Below are positions 27,837-41,300 of a stretch of 64,000 nt of DNA, one piece after another (the stretch's first letter is position 1; every line of letters starts with the position of its first letter). Where the stretch lies: the NCBI RefSeq assembly GCF_002105155.1, contig NW_019029001.1:124001-188000 (forward strand), written 5' to 3'. The stretch comes from Lobosporangium transversale. Taxonomy: Eukaryota. A program made the translations under genes and the position numbers. The notes under the pieces are model-generated. The model ran no database searches, was not told where the DNA came from, and saw nothing but the letters and a program-made list of their open reading frames with translations.

Positions 27837-30800
27837 TAACCTATACTATATAGACTAGACATGTACAGAAACGCATTATGATTGTTTTTTTTTTTTTTTT
27901 TTTTTTTTTGTAATGTAATGCAGCAATTCCGCCTTAATGCTTGCACACGCCATAAAATCGGTGCCTATAGCTTAAAGACATGACATGTACCTCGCTTGAC
28001 GAGGTGTAAAATCGCCTATGGTGTCCTTGACCCAACGGTGTCGTGATCGTAGTAGGCTTGGCAGCCGTGACAGTATTTGAATCGCTTCCACCCTTTTTTA
28101 TCAGTAACCGAGATCCACATAGGAGAGACTTGTAACTTGTAGGGCCATGATCATTATGCTTGCCACAAACAGCTATTACTGTGTCCTCTTCCGTCGGTCG
28201 TTGCGCAAGGCGCCTTGACACTCACTCTATGCCATGTTCGATAAGTAACCCCGGTACCTCTTATGAGGCGGCCTGGATCTAACGTTATTATTTAAGTCTT
28301 AACCTGCAATCGCTCAGTTGCAAATGTCCCTGTAGATGTTTAATAACTCATTCATCAGTTACCGTTCAAGTTTTGACGACAAAAGAACTGAAATAAACCG
28401 ACAAATTATCTGATATGCGTCTCTTGTTCAGAGCTGTGATATCCACAGCCTTCCCTGTCTCATCGCCCCTTCACATTGTTCCTGTTTCAAATATAAACTG
28501 CGTCGCCATGTATGTGGCAATGAGTGTCCCAACCGCACCTTCTGTCATTGTACCATTGCTAAGAACAAGATATTACTCATATGATTCTTGATCTCGTTTT
28601 GTCCATCTCAGAGACTACTGAATGTACCTCTGATTAGCCTTCATAAAGCTCAGGCGGGCCTTCAGGTTTGTCTGCCTTCTCTCCTGCCATTCACGGAATG
28701 AATGGCGCTCGGCTTTCCTCCCCATTTGTGTCGTCTTTCCAACGTTCTCTGACCAAGCACTCTTCCGGTATAAAGTGTATCATAACAGTTACAAAGATAA
28801 TGATCTGCCTCAACTCCTTCGTCACATCGTTTCCAACGCTCGGGACCATATAAATAAGAATACCGTTGCTTCATCTGTTTCAGCATCGGAAACATGACTA
28901 ACAGTTTCTTGACTATCTGCTCGCGCTTAGTAACCTTGCACACTAGTATACAAGGCTTTGGGAGTTATTGTGTATTGTGTAAGATGCAGCTTTTTCGACA
29001 TGCGTACTATTCATTCCTGGATGTAATGGCGTATACTACTCTTTCATTTCGGCTGTGCTTCATGATTTTTTATTAAGGTAGCACAGAGTGTTGTTCATGA
29101 AGACGTCTTCTATTGATTTAAAGGATGACAAAGACATGCATGGAGTCCTTCTGTACTTTGTCAGCCAAAGAGAAAGCAAAAAAAAAAAAAAAAAAAAGCA
29201 TGAGAAATTACAAATGAGCGCATGCAAGGGTAGTACGAAAGTGATAGTGATAGATAAATATGATTAGAAAGGAGGTTTACACAAGTAATATGAATGAAGC
29301 TTTTTCGTGATTAAATTTTGATTACATTAATTGGTAATACATTTTTATTATGAAGTGATGGCTCACCTGGACCTTTCTTTTCCAAACATCTTGCATGCAG
29401 AGCAAAATAGTTTCTTCTAACGGTCAACGGCCAACGGGATAACTATTGCTGGGAAGTTTTTTTTTTTTTTTTTTTTTTTTTTTCCCGTTAAATCTCTGCA
29501 GAAAAACATCGCGGGCCAACGTCAAGATGAAGTCTCTTTCCAGGCAAAGTATAAATGTTTGTGTTTGTCTTATTTTTTTTGTATGTGTGTATGTTGTCAT
29601 TTAGCAATGATTCAGGAACAAGAAAAAAATATAAAAAATAAAAATACAGGGGCATAAGGCGTAAATGTTGATGTAAGTGTATCCTCAGATTCAAATCCTG
29701 GCCCTGGTCCAGGAGTAAGCAAAAGTATTCACGCGAGGACAAGCGAAACAAGTGGTGGTATTTCCAGAACCAAGCAGAGGATATGAGGAGAGATTCCTCG
29801 ATCAGAAAGGACAAGATCTGCATTGTAGAAATAACAGAATCTATCGATCGTCTCGTGGCAATGATGGACTAAAAGTACAAGAGGACATACAACAATGTAC
29901 ATGTATAAAATATACAGGATAATATACGTGTATTATATATATATCTAGATATGTATAAACATGTATTACTTCGCAATAGAACAAGGATAGAGTCAAGGAA
30001 AAGACATGCAGTTGAAAACCAAGACAGAAGAGGCGAAGTGGCTTCAAAGAAAGGAAAAAAAAAAAAAAAAAAAAAGCAGTTTTTTCATCATTTTCTTCCC
30101 GGGGAGACGTACATGTATCCAACGTCTCGTAGATCAAAGAAAGGAATCTTTCAGTGAGTAAAAAAAGAACAAAACAATGAAATCAATGCCGCTTTTCCCC
30201 TCTTCCCCTTCTCCCTCTCCCTACCCCAAATATAAAAATGTATATATTTTCAACCAACATGTGGAGACAGAAATAGGATCAAAAAGGATACAGCCTTTAG
30301 AAATATTCTGCATATTTTTTGCCTTTTGAGTAAGGATAGGGTAAAGAACAACAGGGGGACTTAGATGTGGCACTCTAAAAAACAGACAGAGACACTCGAC
30401 AGGGGTTAAAACGAAGGAAAGAAAAAATTGTCTTGCGGGTTGAAAGTCGCTTTTATTCTTTTTAGCACCTTGCTCCATCCATGCGGGAAACAGTGATCCA
30501 TGCCAGATCCTCAATGCATAGACTATGCAACGCCTTTTACTCCTCCTTTTGTCTTTTCCCATGCAATAAAATAAAATAAAATAAAATAAAATAATAGCAA
30601 CCAAGGAGGAATAGAAAAAACAACCCTGGCAAGTATCCTCATGAATGCTTGATTGGAAAGCAATTTCGAGAGCATTACCAAACATGTCGAGAGCACGATT
30701 CGCAAAAGAAATGGTTTTTCTTGCAGTGATTTGGAAAAAGATTGAGAGCGTCCGACATCATGACCGAAACCCAAAAGCCGCCTGCTACTCTTCTCCAAAC

Positions 30801-31571
30801 AGTGACAGCGAGTGTCAATGACATGGATCTTTAGCCTCTCACTCGTCTGCCCGTAAAGACCTCTTGCTCCTTCCTCCTTCTGGATCCAAGTCCGAGATAA
30901 CAATGAACCCTTAAAATGTCTCATAACTCTATCCTTTTCAGCTTTTTTTTTTTTTTTTTTTTTTTTGATCTGCAAAAAGGAACAATAGGGAATGGAGGAA
31001 ATAAAAAAAACTTTTGATACGAGAGCGGAATATATTATGGAGTAACAAGAATACTGACATGGTAGGTATTCAAGTCAAGCGAATAAAGATCGATGGTAAA
31101 TTGACTATATTTCTTTATTCCAAAAGTGGGGTGGAAAGGGGAGAATGACGGTGATGATGATGGTAAGGTATGGCATGTTTTCCGTTAGTTTGATAGATCC
31201 GATGACAACGAATGACAGCAGCTTTTATGAATCCTAGTCTCTCAGCGTACCCATCATGACACTAACTATGAACTATGCTATCGACATCCATCATCTTTGA
31301 TATCTCATTTACCCATGGTTGCTCGACATTGGTGAGCATGAATAGGAAAGATTGTTGTGTAGCAGGATTGATATCGTGCCCTGTTGGGTCAAATCGCCCA
31401 ATGATAAGAATGAGAGTGAGAAAAAAAAAAGCAAGAGCGAAAACCATGCGCCATGTACCACCCTGTCCATGTAGTGCAGTATCTCCTTCTTTCTTTTCTT
31501 ATTTTTTTTCCTTCCATCTGTTGTTTGTCGATCTTGCACTCGAACTTTGTCATCCACTTCCTTTGCAGTCC

Positions 31572-31760
31572 ATTCACATTCACATCACACTCACATTTAC
31601 ATTCATATTCATATTCACATTTATATTCATATTCATATTCATATTCACATTTATATTCATATTCATATTCATATTCACATTTATATTCATATTCATATTC
31701 ACATCCATATTCACATTCATATTCATATTCATACTCATATTCATACTCATACTCATACTC
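31572..31760. repeat. (ATTCAT/ATTCAC/ACTCAT)n hexanucleotide microsatellite
   Basis: About 30 degenerate hexamer units; source of the spurious FIFI/HIHI/YSYS ORFs. Confidence 0.92.
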
Positions 31761-32511
31761 TTTTTCTTAAAAAATCATTTGTTTCTTGCATACGATTCTA
31801 ATTGATACATCCAGGTCAGGAACAAAGCCCCTCACCTTGTTTCATACTATAAACAGTATTCAATTTACACATAACGACATCAAACTACTACATCCAAACA
31901 GCTTTAGATGTCAGATAAAGGATGATGAATCCTTCTTTCTTTTTTTTCCCTTCCCCTTTCTAATCCCTCCAACGGACGCGTTTATTTTATTTTTATTTTT
32001 TTTTTATATATAAATGTAAAAAAAGAAAAGAAAAAAAAAAAGCTAACGAGACAGTCCTGTCGTGTGCTTTTCAGGGCACTTGCCACTTGAAACGCACACT
32101 CGATATCTGTAATGCATGTGTAGTTGTTCAGTTATTGGCCATCGTTCTTTTATTTGGTCATTGGAGTGAGCTCAACACCCATCCATGCGCCGCTTTCTTT
32201 CTTGCATCCCCGCGATCTTTTTTAGACCCGATGTGTCCTAACCAACTCATATCTTTTTCAATCTGGCGACACAGGGCTTTTCTTTGAATAATCGATTTTG
32301 ACCATGCAATCTGTTATTACGTTTGTGGCCTAACACTACTCCACTGTACCCAAACCAGGTACGAGTCTCTTTCTCCCTCAAACACATCCACGTTCTGTCT
32401 CTGTTTTTCAACACATCCCCTGCAGTTTGACAACTTGATAATTTGGACTAACCATTAACAAGTATTACAATTCTCTGCTTGATCGCAGATCCGTTGTCGC
32501 TATCACCGCTC

Positions 32512-35500
32512 ATGTTGCGCAAAAAGTCATCATTTTCTAGTCGTACTTCCTCTCCAACACCCTCACCTATCCCTGCGCGTCCCAACACACCTGTTCACTC
32601 CCTTCTTCATCACGAGTCTAGCGGGGTCCGACGTGCTCTGTCTAGTCTCCAGAACGCGTTACATCCCGCTCGGAGATTGTCCTCTGATGAAAAGAGAATA
32701 TTTGCCCTTTCGGACCAACAAAGCCATCTCAGCGCAAATAACTACCGCTCTATCAACACCAATCCTACCAAACTCTATACCTCCATTATTAACAATCGTC
32801 GCATCCCCCTGAGTCATTCCAACGGTACTTCTGACTCCCTCTACACTGCCAACTCGACCATGACCCCACTCACCACAGACGACGATAGCTCTTCCACTAC
32901 TAGTCACCCTCTTCGTCTCCAGCGACCACGCCGATCAAGTAGATCTGGCTCTCTTCCATCATCACCGCTTGGCTCTTTCCTGTCGAACGGGAGTTCAGTC
33001 GCACTCTCTACCCACAGTACACACATTACCGAGACAGCGAGCGAGTGTCATGAGATTGAGGATGAGGATGACGCTTCTGACAATCTTCACGACAGTCCAA
33101 ATGGCGCTGCTCTGCGGGTCCGACATCTCGAGCATGAAGCCTCATATTCGGGCTACTTGGCTAAATTCTCATCTAGGACCTTCTTCTCGCGCAAGCAATG
33201 GAAACGTCGCTACTTTATTTTGAACCAGTCCTCCCTGCACTGCTTCAAGTCCTCGGACCCACAACATCCACTATTAGAGTCTCTAAAGCTCTGTGCTGAT
33301 ACCATTATTTGTGTCACTGATATGTTTTCAGGCAAGCGATATTGTCTTCAAATCACATCGCCTGGTGAAAAGAACTGGTACGTGCTTGCAGATACAGCTG
33401 CAGATATGTCGAGCTGGCTTCGTGAGCTTAAAGGCACGGTGCTTCGAATCAGGGGTCTTCCTGTCAACTCTAGGCCAGGCACTCATTACTCGGACTCGTC
33501 CGAAATGTCAGACCTTTCCTCATCTTCTGCAGCCATGACAGACAGCATTCCAGCTATTCCTCATATTCCAAGTCAACATGATGGTTATGTCCTTATTGGT
33601 AGAACGCCGTCACCAGCACCATCTTCTCGTTCTTCCCATCTCTCTCATCCCCCACAGCGGCTCGACTTGTATCAGTTTGCAAACATGACAGATTTTACCC
33701 AGTTAGGAACACCCAAGTTATTGGAATCATCATCAAATTCAGAACAAGAGATTAAATGGAAAAAGGACAGTTCTTCATCTTCGGTACATATTCCCGGAGA
33801 ATACGCTAGCTTTGGGACCGTTATGGAGCAAGCGGATGCCCTCCCACTTGAGAGGAATGAGCATTTACCCACACCGATATCTCAACAAAAGAGATTGAGT
33901 GAAAGTCCATACGCCGCAACGATAAAATCCAAGATACCCTATAGCACAAGCGATAGCAATAGCAATAACAATAACGATAGCAATAGAAATAGCACTAACA
34001 GCAGTAATGGACGTCGTATCTCGATCGTCACTGACCAACCTGAGATAATGATGAAACTGCCTCGTCGAAGTTCACAGCGATTGAGCCCTGTATCACCGCG
34101 GCCAATGAGTCCCAACCGTAACAGCCCGCGCTCTTCATTGGTGGTATCTCCTCCTCCACGAAGTATCCATCGACCCAGTATTTCTGTTAGACAATCTGCA
34201 CAAATCATCCCATTACAGATGACGGGACGCTCGCTGTCACCGACTCCAGGTCAATCTGCTAATATTCTACATAGTTCTCTTGCAAGATCGACTAGTTTCC
34301 GGGGCAGTATGCTGACTGGATCGTTACAGGAGCGCTCGTATAGATCACCTTCTAGACCAACCATTATTACTGACTACCATTCGCGGCCCACGTCCCCAAC
34401 ACCGATAGCGTTCTCCTCGGCCCCAACTTCACCGCTGCCAGAGCCACCGCGCTCTGAATCTCCTGTGATGGCATTGAAGCATTCTCTATCTCTTAGCTCG
34501 AATGGATCATCACAGCGAATCGCGATAGTGCCTCGCCATCATGATCCCGAGCGGTTGATTAAGCATCGGCCATCCAAGTCCCGCAATCGTTCAAGGTCAC
34601 AGGAGTTAGCTCTAAGCGTCCGTCTGAATGATGTACAGATCAGTATGGCCAAAAACAGGGCGAGCACTCCCTCCCCTCGACTTAGTGCTATTGTCACCAC
34701 GAATGATCTGAATGACGATGCATTGCCGACCCCTCCAATTTCACCATCGGGCATAAAGATGAATGGCGATACTGTCTTTAAGCATTTTCCGCTTCTTCAC
34801 AATGGTGGTTTGGTCCTACCACCGCCTCCAACTGGACAACAGCCAGACCTTCCAACGTCAACAGCGACTTCCAATGATGGTAGCATCAATCAAAGTGGAC
34901 CTTCGAGTCACAAACACTCCCTTTCAACTTCATCACTGCGATCTGTGAGCTCTTCATCCTCAATTGGATCCTTCTCGACAGTGTCGCATGGAGGGTTGAA
35001 CAAGAAAAATTCCACTAGAGAATCTATGAGACTTTCAGCTCGTCTTTCAAGTTTGGTTCCCATTCCGTTGGAATCCACAGTGTTTGTGCCTAATCCACCT
35101 CAAACAGCTCTGCCACCCATCCCCAACCAATCCACCTCTCCAACTTCGCTTGCTGAAGTAAAGGATCAGAACATTAAGAAACAATTGTCAGTTGAGACAG
35201 AGCGCATGGAAGAGCTCTTTAAGGACACTGAAGCGGAGGCCAAAATCACGAACGCGAATGAGTCTCATGACCTTACTACTGCTGATACAAAAGAAGGAGG
35301 GGACAAGTCAGCAGAGGTTTCCACGCCAGAATCCAAAGATGGTGATAGGGAGTTGAAGGCAGCTGAGACCGCGGTGGATGTTCCGATTAAAGAGCATGTG
35401 GCGACTTGTATCCAGAGTCGACCTCTTGGGAAACAGACAAGCACGTTTGAAATGATCTTGGAGGAGGAAGAGGGAGCAGATCACGAGTCAGTTACGTCGA

Positions 35501-35592
35501 AGGACATTAGTTCGCAAAGGGCGAACCCTCAAGTCAGCGGCGGCATCATTCAAGCAAGCACTGATGAGGAAGTTGACGCTACCAATACTTAA
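32512..35592 (+). CDS. PH-domain protein with long Ser/Pro-rich disordered regions
   Basis: YSGYLAKF..RKQWKRRYFIL..LHCFKS..WYVLADTAADMSSWLREL is a PH fold; probable 5'UTR intron 32359-32488. Confidence 0.85.
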   Translation: MLRKKSSFSSRTSSPTPSPIPARPNTPVHSLLHHESSGVRRALSSLQNALHPARRLSSDEKRIFALSDQQSHLSANNYRSINTNPTKLYTSIINNRRIPLSHSNGTSDSLYTANSTMTPLTTDDDSSSTTSHPLRLQRPRRSSRSGSLPSSPLGSFLSNGSSVALSTHSTHITETASECHEIEDEDDASDNLHDSPNGAALRVRHLEHEASYSGYLAKFSSRTFFSRKQWKRRYFILNQSSLHCFKSSDPQHPLLESLKLCADTIICVTDMFSGKRYCLQITSPGEKNWYVLADTAADMSSWLRELKGTVLRIRGLPVNSRPGTHYSDSSEMSDLSSSSAAMTDSIPAIPHIPSQHDGYVLIGRTPSPAPSSRSSHLSHPPQRLDLYQFANMTDFTQLGTPKLLESSSNSEQEIKWKKDSSSSSVHIPGEYASFGTVMEQADALPLERNEHLPTPISQQKRLSESPYAATIKSKIPYSTSDSNSNNNNDSNRNSTNSSNGRRISIVTDQPEIMMKLPRRSSQRLSPVSPRPMSPNRNSPRSSLVVSPPPRSIHRPSISVRQSAQIIPLQMTGRSLSPTPGQSANILHSSLARSTSFRGSMLTGSLQERSYRSPSRPTIITDYHSRPTSPTPIAFSSAPTSPLPEPPRSESPVMALKHSLSLSSNGSSQRIAIVPRHHDPERLIKHRPSKSRNRSRSQELALSVRLNDVQISMAKNRASTPSPRLSAIVTTNDLNDDALPTPPISPSGIKMNGDTVFKHFPLLHNGGLVLPPPPTGQQPDLPTSTATSNDGSINQSGPSSHKHSLSTSSLRSVSSSSSIGSFSTVSHGGLNKKNSTRESMRLSARLSSLVPIPLESTVFVPNPPQTALPPIPNQSTSPTSLAEVKDQNIKKQLSVETERMEELFKDTEAEAKITNANESHDLTTADTKEGGDKSAEVSTPESKDGDRELKAAETAVDVPIKEHVATCIQSRPLGKQTSTFEMILEEEEGADHESVTSKDISSQRANPQVSGGIIQASTDEEVDATNT

Positions 35593-37075
35593 CCACTAAC
35601 TGCTTCTGCTCCTGTTTCTTCATCCTCCACCATTCGTTTTCAATACCCTATTTCATTACTAATCTTTACCTACTTAATTTTATCATAATACCCTTTGTTT
35701 ATTCGTTTTATTAGCTTATTCGTCCTTTCTGCCCATATCGTTTGTTTCTTATTGCTAATGCTTAATTTTCTTTACTTTCTTTACCTAATTCTGCCCTCCA
35801 GTCATCCTAATACTAAGATCCTTTCCTCTCCTTATTATCATTGTCCCTTTTTATATTTTTTATATATTTTTTCTTTCAGTTTTTTTTTTTTTTTTTTTGT
35901 CTTTTTTTATACTTGTCAAACCATGCTGTCTTGAATAAAAATCTGATTGCTAAATAGTAAACTATAATTTTGCACAGGGATGGGGACTGTTGCATACTTT
36001 ACAGAACGTCTGTTGCGTAAAAGATTAAACGAAATAGATACTTTCTTGTGGATAAGAGCATACATCTTGTATTAATGGACGTAGCACCTTGTACACGCTC
36101 TATCTATGTTACTCGTACACAGACTTGTAGCTCTGCTCTGGATATGATAAAAACTTCAATAAATACTCCATCGGTGTGGTATGTAAAAAAATTTCTCGCC
36201 CCGCATTATAGACAACAAAGAAGCGCCTAAATTGTTTGTTCAATGTTTTCATGTTCACACACATACATCTTTTACTGTTAACGTGTTTGTTTTGTCTAGA
36301 ATACCCACATCCAAAAAAAAAAAAAAAAAAAAAAAACACATTCCCATGATCGGTACCAAGTTTGATAACAGCATACCATGCATGAAAGATAGAGCCTTGA
36401 CACCATGGCTATTGTTATATTCACCTCATGCAGACTCCCCATAATCAACTTGTGATCACAACTGCTACTTGGACGCATGGACTCTATTGACATGTTGACA
36501 TGAGTTTTTCGATCGTGCTCTGTCTCTGTTGCCAAGAACTTGAAAAGATATATAGACCCATTCTTCCCCGCTGAACTCCCCTCATTACCGCTCACATTCT
36601 CTCAACACTATCTACAACCACAACACTCAAATCATACACAGACATTTCACCACTCACTCCAACAGCCCCCACAAATCCTATTAGCAGTGCTTACCAAACT
36701 AGGTCTATCAAGGAAGATAAGGAAGCAACGGATGTGGGAAACCAAGCCTCACCGAATTGTATAGGAAAAGATCGAATTAGTCAAGCTACATAATGCGGTA
36801 GAATGGATCAACCTAGATTGCCCTCGTTTCAAGTTGATACTACGGCGATGATAGCAGCCATCACCACTACATACATCAGTCAATAAGTACTGGATAAAAA
36901 TCATGCTCTCAACATCATTAAATAATGCCATGAAGGCCCCCAAGCGGTCACTGGGATTATGAGTAAGTCTTCATATATATATATATTTGTGTAAAAAAGG
37001 AGCCAGGGTAGCTCCATGAAAGGATACATGTAGCCACAGTTTTGTCAACCTATTTTAATATGTAGGATAAGCTAA

Positions 37076-37816
37076 TCAATTCAACATTTGTGGGCCATAA
37101 AGAACATCACTTCTGATGACATACTTTTCTCCCTGTGTAACTTTACTTCCCTCATGAACTAAATCATGCTGAAAGACCAAGGCCTGTCCAACTTTTGGGG
37201 ACACAGCCACACAGTTGCGCAGAGTCATCTCCTCGTCAGTTTTGGCCCACGCCATCCGTTCCTCTAAAAACGTAGTTGCACCTCCTTCACAGCCTTCATT
37301 CAAATAAAACTGAACCGTGACCTTGGTGACATGACCAGACCCATCGGTTCGCCTATATTCGCCATCCATATGAGGCTGGAACTGATCACCAGGTCTGTAT
37401 TTCAGGAACCGGAGTCGCTCATTCATCCCAATGACGGGTCGTTTCTGATAGATGGTGGGGACATGTTGCTGAATTCGTCTCCATAGCTCTGCAGCGACAG
37501 CATGGTCATCAATGATACATCGTTGACCATCGCGATATCCTGGGATATGAACTCCAGAGCCTTCGCTGCCAGTGTTGACGAGCGCAATATCGTATCCCAC
37601 CGCTTCGGATCGAGCAATTAGAGATTGACATTCTTGAGGCGTCAAGATGTTTTGGAGTGTGAAGGCCACAATAGATTGGTCCTGACGATGTCGACCCAAA
37701 AGAGGTTTTAGATCCAGATGTGATGGTTCTCCTGGCGATTTGACCAAGGCTGCAGTGACCTTTGGGTTAAGGACGCCCTGGAGTGAGGAAGTTGTTGATA
37801 TTGACTCTGATGCCAT
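37076..37816 (-). CDS. 2OG-Fe(II) oxygenase (prolyl 4-hydroxylase-like)
   Basis: NILTPQEC, NERLRFLKY, HMD (HxD), YLN..GGAT.F, FQH..HEG..V..GEKYVIRSD. Confidence 0.9.
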   Translation of the reverse strand: MASESISTTSSLQGVLNPKVTAALVKSPGEPSHLDLKPLLGRHRQDQSIVAFTLQNILTPQECQSLIARSEAVGYDIALVNTGSEGSGVHIPGYRDGQRCIIDDHAVAAELWRRIQQHVPTIYQKRPVIGMNERLRFLKYRPGDQFQPHMDGEYRRTDGSGHVTKVTVQFYLNEGCEGGATTFLEERMAWAKTDEEMTLRNCVAVSPKVGQALVFQHDLVHEGSKVTQGEKYVIRSDVLYGPQMLN

Positions 37817-38327
37817 GGAGCAGTAGCTGTATCGACTGAGTTTTGATGCGGGATATCTTGAGGACTATTTGGTAGCAAAAGATTCCAGAGAGAACGGAAA
37901 GGAAGAAAAAGATTTAATAACCAAACAGTTCAAAGTTTTTATACTAAAAATGTTCAACCGTGGGCAATGCACCGATGTCAACGTTTTACAATGCCGCAGT
38001 CAATAACTCTGGACAGGAGGCGCAGGCCATATCGTGGCGGGAAAATGTTCGGTCATGTGGTTCACAGTAACTATGTCAGAACTCAGTAATTCATATTCCG
38101 TTGTTTGAGAGTTGTAAATATAATCAAGAGGCAAAACTATGAATGGCGATTGATGGCATGCACTTCTACCGAAGCAATCAGTAGCCAATCAAAAGAAAGT
38201 CCAAAATAAACATTATACTCACGCTCCACTCGCTCATTCTTTTATTGTTGCAGTTATAATCCTTTACCATTCATTCTTAAGATTATTGCCTTCATTCATT
38301 CAATTCATTCACTCGTTCTACCATATC

Positions 38328-41300
38328 ATGGCATCATTCTCTTGGGACCAGATTCGCAATGAGGTGCGCTCTTTTCGGGCATTAGTTCAACCCACAGTTG
38401 TTACCATCTGCGACGTCGTTTTTGATCCCACTCGAGACCGCATCTACTTCCTCGCCAGCGACCTCTCGCGCTCATTCAAATCTCCCATGCTCTTCCGTGT
38501 TGACCTTCCGCCATCTTATTCAACCTTGTCTTCATATTCCCCCGAAGTGGGCAAGACTGAAGACGACATGGAATCACATATTGATACAGATACAGATACA
38601 TATATATATACAGATACAGAGACAGAGACAGATACCGCAGCAGATTCAGATACCGACATTAACACAAATAATAGCACTATTCAGGTCTCAATCTTAACAG
38701 GTCCAGAAGCTGCACAGCATTCACACTCATCCTATCGCCACATAAGCCAATCCCATGATTGTCGTTGCCATGATCATCAGCAGTGTCAATGTCAGTCTCA
38801 GCCCCAGTCTCAGTCTCGGCCCAGGCACACTCGATACCGACGCAGACGACGACATGGACACAATGATCATGACATGGATCTTATACCCTTCAATCCAGAC
38901 TCATATCAAGGCTTTGCCTCCCTAGCACCACCGATCCACATCTTTATTAGTCCTAGGACAGAGCCCATCCAAGCAGCAATCGGGTCCTCCTCCACCTCTA
39001 CTTCATGTGCTAGTTCTGTTGGCGCTAATGGTTCAGCTAACCAGAGATACCCCCACAATGCCTATACACCTGATGTTTCACTCGAAGCTTCTACAGCCAC
39101 GGACCAGATCCTTGCAGCTGCACCTGTGTTGGACTGGACCCCTGTCTTGACTGAGGAATGGCTTAAATATGCCAGTACATGTTGGGGACATTCTCCATGC
39201 GATCGATTATCTTCCTTTCAATTTGAGCCTCAAGTAAATCGTCTCATGTTTTCATTCGGTACAGTCATATACACTGGCGATGTCCAAGAGGTATTTATGG
39301 ATCCTTTGGCGCACTGTCCTTTATATAATCATTCCTAAACTGAATGGCACCATTTCCTGCTACTAACTATGGTTACTTCCTTTTTTTTTTTATGGCACAC
39401 TCTACACTAGGATGGTAAAGTCAACCCGCAGCCTGCTCAATCAGATCCACATCCCTCAACAGACAGCCCGAGTCTCAACCGAACATATTCCAACATGGTT
39501 CACAATGCTCTAACAGCAGGACTCAACCTTGTCTCTGTCTCTGGGCCTTTGACATCGCCACGGGCATCACTTTCAGGATATGGGTCTACACCTACATCTA
39601 CATCTACATCAGCGTCTGCATCTCCATCTCATCTGGATAAGAGTGGTGCTGGATCAACAGGAACCAGAGCAGATCCGAGGCTCGGCGGATCAGCCATGGA
39701 TCTAATCGCATTTACGCGTGATCAGGATATTTGGGTCTCTACGATGACAGGAGTCGAGACACAGCTGACGTTTTGCTCTCGTAACACAAAGAAATCCGAC
39801 ATCAGTTGCGGCATTGCCGAGTTTGTGATGCAAGAGGAATTCCATCGCTCCACAAACTATTATTGGGCTCCGCCTCCACCGCAGTCAAAATCACGTCGGA
39901 GGCCGCAGACACAAATACATATGCAGACAAACACACAGGCGGATATGCAACCATGTATGCATATGCATTCAGATCACCCATCATCTATATCGCAGGATAT
40001 AGACGCTCTTCCTGTGTCAATAGCCAACAACGCGTCTTGTAGAACAACTGAGAAAATCTTGTATCTGCAAGTGTCCGAAGCCATGGTGGATTTGGTTGTG
40101 ATTCCAAGGCAAGGAATGCATCCATCCTGTGAGGAATATAGATACCCGCATGCGGGCACTCCAAATGCGGTCTCGGATCTCCAGATTGTAGAATTTGTCC
40201 CGAAACGGTTTGAGAAGGTAACCGTGCTGGACGGCTTGCGAAATAGCCTGATGACGGCTTTATAGGGCTCCTTATCCTTCTTGGCCATACTAATTAATAG
40301 TCTATATTTTTGTTGCTTCGCATGCTACATTAACCTGTAGGACGAAGTACCAGAGCCCCTTCATAAACGTCTATGGGGTAGGGCATCACTGTACAAACTA
40401 TTCCCTTGGCTCGAGTACATTGTACGCTTTGGATGGATGCCAGATGGAGGAAGGTATAGTGGGACAAAGGCAAAAAAAAAAAAAAAACTGGAAAAAAGTG
40501 TAGATATTGATATAGCACTGCTATTTGTTTCTACTTTTGATCAGTGTATGGGTACAAATCTTAGATCGCCGACAGCAGGTTACAGCAATTATTGTGATTC
40601 CATTAGAATGCTTTATGTCTGTGGCGGAAAAGTCGGATTCATCAGAAGAAATCGAAGACAAACTTGCCAGTCGTATCCGCGTTATACACGAAGAGCAAAG
40701 CAAATACTGGATCAATGTAAGTTATAGAAAGCCTTTCCGTGCACAAAATATAAATAAAAGTTAGATTTTTATATTGGCTTCTGCCCTTTGGTATTATCGA
40801 CTAATAATATCAATTAATAGGTGACAGACATCATACATATTCTTCCATCAGAGCATCATATTACCGACAATCACTCTATGGGAGCCCAAAGTGAGGAAGG
40901 CGCTTTAATTCAATTTATCATCCCATCGGAACGTACGGGATATCGTCACTTGTATCTAGTAACCCACTCCTTCAAATTTGGATCCACGGTCAGACCTATT
41001 ACTGCAGGGCAGTTCCAAGTTGTAGATAAGCAGATCACTGTGGACCCATCTCGCCAGCTCGTTTACTTTACTGCTAAACGTGATTCTGTCTTGGAAACTC
41101 ATCTCTATGTGGCAAGCTACGCCCGCAGCGCTCGACCTGAGAATATGAAGCGATTAACAGAACTTGGATACAGCCATCAGGCCATTGTAGATGTGGAGAA
41201 AGATCGGTTCTTGACCATGTATTCAAGCATGGATCAAAGCCCGGCATGTGCAGTGATACATCTACGGTGGAATGATTGTCGTCTTACAGAACCGGCTTCA

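Noticed and set aside
31275..31805. Overlapping FIFI/HIHI/YSYS ORFs
   Set aside because: Translations of a hexanucleotide microsatellite
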